From a virus (taxonomy: Duplodnaviria > Heunggongvirae > Uroviricota > Caudoviricetes): 64,000 nt of DNA. The stretch lies in the IMG/VR virus record IMGVR_UViG_3300042456_000759; one strand, 5' to 3'. The notes beneath the pieces were generated by a model. That model searched no databases. It was not told the origin of the DNA and was given only the letters and a program-made list of their open reading frames with translations. Below are positions 16,995 through 23,803 of this stretch, piece after piece (position 1 is the stretch's first letter; each line of letters begins with the position of its first letter). The position numbers were made by a program, and so were the translations under genes.

Positions 16995-17032
16995 CTAGTT
17001 TACCAACTTGAAAGTTAAAACTCCTCCCTAAC

Positions 17033-17434
17033 TTAATAGGAAGGAGCTGAATCAAAAGCACGTTTCATGTCAAGTTCTCTCAACCTTTCCTCTCTTTCAT
17101 TGTGTTCTTTGAGAAAATCAATTAAAGACTGCTGATTATTAGCATTTATCCTGTCTTCAATAGTTTTGAGTACATAAGGACAAGCATTATCAATCCAATC
17201 ACTTCTGTCAAATTTACCTTTAATAACCTTATGGTTATAAAAGCAAGGATCAACAAACTCAGGACACATGAGACAATTGTCTAGACTGTGGCTATCAATA
17301 GTTTTACCTGAAGATGTATGAACTAACAAAAGCTCATATCTAATACCGTTGTCAAAGACTTCAATATGGTAAGAACTTGCACCTTTGTTAAATATGTAAT
17401 CCATAGGATCTAACTTTTGAAATGTAGTAGTCAT
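17033..17434 (-). CDS. hypothetical Cys-rich protein
   Basis: ORF track. CLMCPEFVDPCF...ACPY. Confidence 0.45.
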   Translation of the reverse strand: MTTTFQKLDPMDYIFNKGASSYHIEVFDNGIRYELLLVHTSSGKTIDSHSLDNCLMCPEFVDPCFYNHKVIKGKFDRSDWIDNACPYVLKTIEDRINANNQQSLIDFLKEHNEREERLRELDMKRAFDSAPSY

Positions 17435-17831
17435 AATTAATTTGTTTTTGAGTTTTAATTTAATAATTATCCAATAATACTAATAGTACTAAATGGAACA
17501 GCTTGTCTAAAAGTAGGAAAATCCACATATAACATACGTGAACTATTTAACCCTGATTTACAATCATTGTAGTCTTCAATACTACAAGTTCCTTCAAGAT
17601 TGTGATAAGAACAATATACTTTGTACATAATATATATCAATTTTATAGAGTTTTATTCTCTTTTTGAGTTTATAATGCAAAGCTATCTTATTAGCCCCAA
17701 CTTTTTTCCCATATCCTTTAAAATCAATGCTTTACAAAGATTGTAAAAAGAATATGTAGGGAAATAGACACTTAATCATCTCTTTGTTTTACAAAGTACT
17801 TTGAAATTCAAAGTGTATAAGTGCTTGATTA

Positions 17832-18020
17832 TCAGTTAGTTGTAAGGATTTTTACTTTAAGATTTTGTAGATTCCAGAGATTTACGAGGTGATTAAGGAA
17901 ATGTTGTTCGATTTTAATATCATATTCAACTTTTTCAGGAGATTTAATTATGACATAATTATCTCCATTTAATTGTTGTACTACAATATCATATTCAGGA
18001 TGTAAATTAGGCTTATTCAT
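17832..18020 (-). CDS. hypothetical small protein
   Basis: ORF track. Confidence 0.35.
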   Translation of the reverse strand: MNKPNLHPEYDIVVQQLNGDNYVIIKSPEKVEYDIKIEQHFLNHLVNLWNLQNLKVKILTTN

Positions 18021-18265
18021 GATGAAATATTGGTTTTTTTATGAGAAATATGTTCAAATATTTGGTATATATTAAAATATATCATATCTTATATTATAAT
18101 ATAAGAGATAATAAATATAATATTCTCAAAAATGACCCTCAGCAGGATGCTTTACGAAGAAGGGTGTATAAAACTGCTGTTAGATTATTTATCACTATCA
18201 TATGTTATAATCAATATATCCTTAATCGTACCAGTAGATCCTTATATCTCTGGATTTTTAGTTTG

Positions 18266-18339
18266 TGGACATTACAGGAATTGAACCTGTGACCTTCTGA
18301 TTATGAGTCAGACGCTCTAACCAACTGAGCTAAATGTCC
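18266..18339 (-). tRNA. tRNA-Met (anticodon CAT; could also be a lysidine-modified Ile2)
   Basis: Canonical cloverleaf: GGACATT-TA-GCTC-AGTTGGTTA-GAGC-G-TCTGA-CTCATAA-TCAGA-AGGTC-ACAGG-TTCAATT-CCTGT-AATGTCC-A. Confidence 0.85.
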
Positions 18340-18412
18340 TACACGAATGAACAATAACTTTAATACATTATTATAAGTTATATGCCCACCCACCCACCAC
18401 CTTGGTATATAA

Positions 18413-18440
18413 AAAAAGGGCCGAAGCCCTTCTTTTATGA
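18413..18440 (-). terminator. GC-rich hairpin flanked by A- and T-runs (bidirectional intrinsic terminator)
   Basis: aaaaaaagggc-cgaa-gcccttctttt, immediately after the stop of 18435..18917. Confidence 0.6.
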
Positions 18441-18917
18441 AAACGCACCTACAACAGGTTGTTGTACTAAGTTGGTTGGTGCAGTTCTTTGAGCGGTTCC
18501 TTCAGAGCGTGCAATTGCAGCATTCTTAGCTTGCTGCATGTAGAGTCCTAACAACTCTTCCTTAGTAACACCTTTAGTTTTGGCAATGGCTGTTGCTTTT
18601 TGGATTAATGTAGCACTCCTTTCCAATGCAGTTTCTATGCGTTGCTCATAACGTACGTTATTCAACGCTTTAGTAGCACCTGCTACCTGATACATTGGAA
18701 ATCCCGTAATTTGGTCATTTCCCGCATAAATTGGCTCAATTTCTTTGCCTTTCAGAGCGGCTGCTGCTGTTTCCGTAGCTGCTAATAATACACGTACCAA
18801 AGGTTTCTTAGCATCAACCACTACATGATGGTTTTCTGCTAAATTGGTTGGAAAATCAGCTGTTGGTTCAGCAAATCCGTAGCGTCCCTTTACAAGGGTA
18901 ATTTTTAACTTACTCAT
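18435..18917 (-). CDS. hypothetical Ala/Lys-rich protein with atypical (GC-richer) codon usage
   Basis: ORF track. Local GC is about 40% against about 29% genome-wide. Uses cgc/cgt/ctc/gcc codons that are rare elsewhere in the window. Confidence 0.6.
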   Translation of the reverse strand: MSKLKITLVKGRYGFAEPTADFPTNLAENHHVVVDAKKPLVRVLLAATETAAAALKGKEIEPIYAGNDQITGFPMYQVAGATKALNNVRYEQRIETALERSATLIQKATAIAKTKGVTKEELLGLYMQQAKNAAIARSEGTAQRTAPTNLVQQPVVGAFS

Positions 18918-19194
18918 TTTTTTACGTTTTAATTTGTTTTTAATATGGCGCTTAGTTATATGGGGGTAACCCGCTCACCAATTCAACAATGGGGCTAAAT
19001 TTTGGGTCGGACCCTATGTATTCTAGATATTACAGTTTTTATATATTACAGTTTTTTTATTATAGAAAAGGGGGAGGGGGGTATTATATAGATATTAGAT
19101 TTGATGGGGGGGTATAAATACATAAAAAATAATTTTAAAAGTTAAAAAGTAGTTAAATATATATTACAATTTATATATAGTGATTAAATGGGGT

Positions 19195-19202
19195 TAACTT
19201 TG
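19195..19202 (+). promoter_or_regulatory. candidate Bacteroidetes-type -7 promoter box (TAnnTTTG) upstream of the GroES-like gene
   Basis: TAACTTTG lies 22 nt upstream of ATG 19224. No clear -33 TTG is seen. Confidence 0.3.
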
Positions 19203-19223
19203 TATTATAAAATAGTATAATAT

Positions 19224-19514
19224 ATGGAATTTAAGAAAGTAAAGGGTAGGGTTTTATTAGTTGAGGAACCTCCTAAGGATTTAGTAAGTGCTGGTGGTAT
19301 AATTATACCTGATGGAGCTGAGTCTAGTGTTGAGATGATTAAGAATTGGTTATGTTTAGTAGTTGGTGTAGGGGATAGTTGTCATGAGGATTATGAGGTT
19401 GGTCAGGTTGTAGTAATAGATCCTAGTTTACAGTATGTAGGATATACGGATCCTGATAATAAGCGTAGTAGGATGTTTATTCCACAGGACAGGGTATTAG
19501 CAATTTATAAATAA
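19224..19514 (+). CDS. GroES-like co-chaperonin (Hsp10 family)
   Basis: KGRVLLVEE...SAGGIIIPDGAE (mobile loop), VVGVGD, VGQVVVIDP, DRVLAIY. About 96 aa, colinear with GroES and T4 gp31-type proteins. Confidence 0.75.
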   Translation: MEFKKVKGRVLLVEEPPKDLVSAGGIIIPDGAESSVEMIKNWLCLVVGVGDSCHEDYEVGQVVVIDPSLQYVGYTDPDNKRSRMFIPQDRVLAIYK

Positions 19515-19528
19515 ATAAAATAATAAAT

Positions 19529-19807
19529 ATGGAAGATCAAAAAGTAGGACCTAGTCCTGAGCAGTTAAAGATGATGCGTTCTAATTATGTACGAACAATG
19601 AAGGATGATGTACAGATTTTAGAGTTAGAGCAACGATTTTGGAAGGCTAAGTATGAGTCATTGTTATACAAGAGTGAGCATGCTAAGTTAGAGGGGATTA
19701 TTAGTCAGCAATTAAGTGAGATGGAGGCTATGACAGCTCAGATGCAAGATGAGGTATTAAATGCTCAAGAAAAAAGTGATAATGTAGGAGAAGATGTTAG
19801 TAATTAA
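19529..19807 (+). CDS. hypothetical coiled-coil protein
   Basis: ORF track. Confidence 0.45.
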   Translation: MEDQKVGPSPEQLKMMRSNYVRTMKDDVQILELEQRFWKAKYESLLYKSEHAKLEGIISQQLSEMEAMTAQMQDEVLNAQEKSDNVGEDVSN

Positions 19808-20153
19808 GGATTATATTAAGGTAGTTAATATAGATGATTTATTAAGGATCATATTAAAGGTTAAGGGTATTGAGTTTAATGTTTCATTAAGTGATGCTCA
19901 ATTAAATTTAATATTAGACTTTTATTATTACGGCATTAATGATGTTGCTTATAAGAATCACTTAGATAAGTCATTACGATTAGCTAATTATTATAAATCC
20001 AAGGCTACTATAGATAACAATAAGAGTTATTTAAAGAAAATGAAGGTTTTAGTAAAGGATACAAAGGGGGATTTAATTATATCCCCTTTGTATTTACCTT
20101 TAAATTTAGGTGGTAAGATATTATTAAACTTAAATATATTACATGATAAGTAA
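19794..20153 (+). CDS. hypothetical protein
   Basis: ORF track. Confidence 0.45.
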   Translation: MLVIKDYIKVVNIDDLLRIILKVKGIEFNVSLSDAQLNLILDFYYYGINDVAYKNHLDKSLRLANYYKSKATIDNNKSYLKKMKVLVKDTKGDLIISPLYLPLNLGGKILLNLNILHDK

Positions 20154-20541
20154 GATAGATATAGTATATAATAATGTTGCTAATAAGTATGGGTTAGATG
20201 AGAAGTTAGTAAAGTCAGTAGGTTCTGCTGTATTTTCTCATTTAAAGGATAAGATATTAAGTTTAGAAGAGGGTTCTTGTTATTTATCACATTTCGGATC
20301 ATTTATTTTAAAGAGTCAAAAGATTGAGAATCAGGTACATAAGTATTTAGCAATGCGTAGATATAAATGCAGTAAAGATCCTAATTATGTAAATAAGCCT
20401 ATATCTAAAGCTGCTAAGAAGTTATTTTCTACATATTTAAATGTAATATTACCTTTTAAGAAGAAGAAGATAGAGTTATCTGAGAGACAAGTTGAATTTT
20501 GTAAAAAGCAATATGAATCATATGAAAAAGATATTAATTAA
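20143..20541 (+). CDS. hypothetical protein
   Basis: ORF track. Confidence 0.45.
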   Translation: MISKIDIVYNNVANKYGLDEKLVKSVGSAVFSHLKDKILSLEEGSCYLSHFGSFILKSQKIENQVHKYLAMRRYKCSKDPNYVNKPISKAAKKLFSTYLNVILPFKKKKIELSERQVEFCKKQYESYEKDIN

Positions 20542-20938
20542 AATATTAGCCTTTTTTGGAATAAAGGCTACAGAAAAAACTTTAAATAAGGCTCATATAA
20601 AGTCTTATTTACAAGCTAAGATACGCAGAGGGTTATTAAGTCCAGCAGCGTCTAAGTTATTAACAGCTGAAGCTAAAGAATATTTTGGTTTACCATTATA
20701 TAAGCAAGAGATTATAATTTGGCGTACATATAATTTACAGTTTAATAATCAGGGTAGGGAATGTTTAAAGAAGAATGAGTGTCCTTGTGGATGTGTTACT
20801 TCTGAGGTTTTATTAGCTGATTCAGCTTGTGACCAGGGTTGTTTTCCTGAGATGTTAACTTTATCTGAGTGGAAGCAATTTAAGAAGAAGCATAAATTTG
20901 AAATTGATTTAGAAAGAAAAAAAGTTATATTATGTTAA
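20492..20938 (+). CDS. hypothetical protein with Cys cluster
   Basis: NECPCGCV...CDQGC. Confidence 0.45.
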   Translation: MNFVKSNMNHMKKILIKILAFFGIKATEKTLNKAHIKSYLQAKIRRGLLSPAASKLLTAEAKEYFGLPLYKQEIIIWRTYNLQFNNQGRECLKKNECPCGCVTSEVLLADSACDQGCFPEMLTLSEWKQFKKKHKFEIDLERKKVILC

Positions 20939-21237
20939 TAGGTAATAAAGAAATTGATTTTGGGATAGTAAAAGAGGGTTTAGTTCCTCAAGAGACTATT
21001 GAATTAACAAATATGTTTTCTAATAATATTATGATTACAGGTGCTACAGCATCATGTGGTTGTACGAAACCTTATGTAAAGATAGGGATCTTAGAATCTG
21101 GGATGTCTACAAATGTTACAATTGGGATTAATACATCTGGGAAGAAAGGAGCTATTAAAAAAACAGCAAGTATCAGTTATACTAATAATGGTATTCCTGA
21201 GAAATATGTTATCACAGTAAAAGTAACAGTAGAATGA
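20932..21237 (+). CDS. DUF1573-like beta-sandwich protein (Bacteroidetes-associated family)
   Basis: IDFGIVKEG...TIELTN...ITGATASCGCTKP pattern typical of DUF1573 (F.FG.I..G; SCGCT). Confidence 0.5.
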   Translation: MLIGNKEIDFGIVKEGLVPQETIELTNMFSNNIMITGATASCGCTKPYVKIGILESGMSTNVTIGINTSGKKGAIKKTASISYTNNGIPEKYVITVKVTVE

Positions 21238-21743
21238 TATTAAATTTAAATAGTGAAGTTAATCTAGACATGTTGGATAGAATAGTAGATTGTTATAATA
21301 GCATTCATCCAGAAGAAAGTTTAGATATATATTTTGCTTCAATAGGTGGTGATATAGCAATTGTTCATGCTATATTAGATATTATTGAGAAGAATAAACA
21401 TAGAACACGATTAATTGGATATTCTCACTTATTTTCAAGTGGGTTTAAGTTATTTTTTCAAGCTAATTGTGAAAAGAAGTTATTACCTTATGTAGATGGG
21501 ATGTATCATTTATCTAAGACTTTTGGGGTTGGTTTAACTGAAGGAGCTGTGGTTCATAATGGGGAATATGAGAATTTCTTAAAGAAGAAAATTAAAAGTT
21601 TTCCTACTTTAGAAGATACTTCTAAGTATGTAGATTTTACAGAAGATGAAATAGATCGGATTAAAAATAATTATGATGAATTTTTTACACATGCTCGATT
21701 AGAAAAAATGTTAAAGTTTAATAAGAAGTATTTAGGATTATGA
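21234..21743 (+). CDS. ClpP-like serine protease (peptidase S14 fold)
   Basis: Aligns with the ClpP core: DIYFASIGGDIAIVHAILDII (ClpP DIYLYINSPGG..AIYDTM), FSSGF (catalytic Ser context AASMG), MYH (MIHQP His). Confidence 0.5.
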   Translation: MILNLNSEVNLDMLDRIVDCYNSIHPEESLDIYFASIGGDIAIVHAILDIIEKNKHRTRLIGYSHLFSSGFKLFFQANCEKKLLPYVDGMYHLSKTFGVGLTEGAVVHNGEYENFLKKKIKSFPTLEDTSKYVDFTEDEIDRIKNNYDEFFTHARLEKMLKFNKKYLGL

Positions 21744-22417
21744 TTGGTGTAAAGGAGTTATTAAAAGGTTTAGGTCCTAAAATTGATTGGGATAAGAAAG
21801 CCAAGCAAAAAGCTAAAGATTTAGGAGTTTCAACGGAATCTATTTTAAAAGAGTGGGAAGAAGCTAGAGATAAGGGTATATATAAAGGAAATAGTTTACA
21901 TGAATCTAAACAACAAGAATATGCAGATTACGATAACTATATTAGATATGAGTATAGTAAAATTGATTCTAGTTCATTTGTGTATAATCCTTTAAATTAT
22001 ATAATTGAGGAGGGTTATATTTATGATGAGAAACCTTTTGTTCATCCTAAATATAGTTTAATAGGTATTCCTGATAGGGTTCAGGTTATTGATAATAAGG
22101 TTTATATTGATGATTTTAAATCAGATAAGGCTATTTATAAGACAGCTAAGTTATTTAAGATTGGAAAGTTTTATCAGAAGTATATGTTTCAAGAACCTAT
22201 ATCTCATATAGATTGGTGTAATTATAGGGAGTATAATTTACAATTATCTTTATATATGAGGTTAATATTAGATAATAATAGGAAGTTACGTCCTGGAACA
22301 ATGAGGATATTACATACGATTCATGATGAAGATACTTTAATGCCTATTGAAGAGGTTATTTATGAAGTTCCTTATTTAAGGAAAGAAGTTACAGCAATAT
22401 TAAAAAAATTAAAATAA
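21740..22417 (+). CDS. hypothetical protein, possible PD-(D/E)xK nuclease fold
   Basis: GIPDRV...VYIDDFKSDK resembles D...(D/E)xK. Weak. Confidence 0.3.
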   Translation: MIGVKELLKGLGPKIDWDKKAKQKAKDLGVSTESILKEWEEARDKGIYKGNSLHESKQQEYADYDNYIRYEYSKIDSSSFVYNPLNYIIEEGYIYDEKPFVHPKYSLIGIPDRVQVIDNKVYIDDFKSDKAIYKTAKLFKIGKFYQKYMFQEPISHIDWCNYREYNLQLSLYMRLILDNNRKLRPGTMRILHTIHDEDTLMPIEEVIYEVPYLRKEVTAILKKLK

Positions 22418-22418
22418 A

Positions 22419-22691
22419 ATGAATAAATTACTTATATTATCAAAAAAGTCATGTGGACCATGTCAAGCATTAAAAATGTTTATTAATACTTTAAATGATG
22501 AATGTCAAGAAAAGGTTAAAATAATTAGTGATGAGACAGTTACATTAAATGAATTATATGAAGAAATGAAAAAAGTTGAAAGTTATGCTTTTCCTACTTT
22601 AGTATTAATCAGTGATGATTCTAGTAAAATAGTTAACGGTTTTGGTGCACAAACAGCATTATTAATTAAAAATCATTTATCATGCTTTTAA
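22419..22691 (+). CDS. thioredoxin/glutaredoxin-like protein (CGPC active site)
   Basis: KKSCGPCQALK, 90 aa. Confidence 0.55.
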   Translation: MNKLLILSKKSCGPCQALKMFINTLNDECQEKVKIISDETVTLNELYEEMKKVESYAFPTLVLISDDSSKIVNGFGAQTALLIKNHLSCF

Positions 22692-23053
22692 TTAGAACAA
22701 CAACAGGAAAATCATTAATCCACGGTTATGGGTTATATGCTGCTGAGTATATAGAAAAAGGTAGACCTATTTGGTTTAAATCAGATAAAGATATTGAGAT
22801 TCCTATGTCTCAAATTCCATATGAATATAGAGAATATTTGGATAGATATGCTACAGTAGAAAAGAAAGGGTTAGAACAAATTTATAATTTAGATTGTGAT
22901 GACGCTAAGTTTATAAATCATTCAGAAGATCCTAATATTGTTTTTATTGGGAATATAGGTATTGCTATTTCTGATATAGAAATAAATGAAGAAATCATTT
23001 GTGATTATAGAACTATTACAACACCAGAACACTTTGAATTATTAATGCTATGA
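22682..23053 (+). CDS. SET-domain protein (putative lysine methyltransferase)
   Basis: GYGLYAAEYIEKGRPI (GxG / SET-N), FINHSEDPN (NHSxxPN), EIICDY (ExxxDY post-SET), 123 aa. Confidence 0.55.
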   Translation: MLLIRTTTGKSLIHGYGLYAAEYIEKGRPIWFKSDKDIEIPMSQIPYEYREYLDRYATVEKKGLEQIYNLDCDDAKFINHSEDPNIVFIGNIGIAISDIEINEEIICDYRTITTPEHFELLML

Positions 23054-23292
23054 AAAGAAATATAATACAACGTCTATATGACTCTAAACAAATTACATTT
23101 GATGAGATGTTAATCTTATTGGATATACAAGAACCTATTGTTATTAATAGTCCAATGTATAGTCCTCCTCCTTATATTTATACAAATCCTCCTTATGTTG
23201 TCACTTGTGATAGTACGACTACTATTGGTCAGAATGCATATAGTGATACTTTTAAGACATATGATCCAAAAGAATATAAAGAAAGTAAATGA
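23050..23292 (+). CDS. hypothetical Pro/Tyr-rich protein
   Basis: ORF track. Confidence 0.4.
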   Translation: MKRNIIQRLYDSKQITFDEMLILLDIQEPIVINSPMYSPPPYIYTNPPYVVTCDSTTTIGQNAYSDTFKTYDPKEYKESK

Positions 23293-23801
23293 GTCCACAA
23301 TTATTTGAAATAGATAAAACCAGGGGTAGATTATTAATAACTCCAAATGCTTATATGATTGCAGACGTAAAGGATGTTATTGATAAATATAAAGATAATG
23401 CTGAACCTTATTTAGCTTATTGTCATTTAATGTCTGCTATAGATAGTCCTTTAAGGAATTTATCAGATGAGGAAAAAAGAGAGAGTGCTATTATAGAAGT
23501 ATATAGTACTATTGGTGAATTTGATAGTGATGATCCTATTTTGGATAGATGTATAGAAAGATTAAAGAGTTTATATATTACACCTATCTATAGATTATTT
23601 GAATTAGCTGAACAAGAGATACATAATATGATTTATTACTTATCTACTACACCTATGTCTTCTGAAGATTTAGGTCAAAGAAAGTCTATTTTACAAGATT
23701 TAGGAAAGATTGCTGCTTCTGTTTCAGCTACAAAGAAAACAGTATTAGAAGATTTAAAACAGAATACAAGAGGTGATCAAGAGGTTGGTCAAATACGATA
23801 A
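23289..23801 (+). CDS. hypothetical protein (position is compatible with a small terminase subunit)
   Basis: Immediately upstream of the large terminase. No motif seen. Confidence 0.35.
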   Translation: MSPQLFEIDKTRGRLLITPNAYMIADVKDVIDKYKDNAEPYLAYCHLMSAIDSPLRNLSDEEKRESAIIEVYSTIGEFDSDDPILDRCIERLKSLYITPIYRLFELAEQEIHNMIYYLSTTPMSSEDLGQRKSILQDLGKIAASVSATKKTVLEDLKQNTRGDQEVGQIR

Positions 23802-23803
23802 TT

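Noticed and set aside
12381-17831. Idea that the long ORF-free gaps are introns splitting one large minus-strand gene into exons
   Set aside because: The flanking ORFs (12057..12380, 12819..13733, 14638..14907, 14996..15313, 16188..16439, 17033..17434) show no family resemblance that would join into a known protein. Each has its own start context, and some have terminators.
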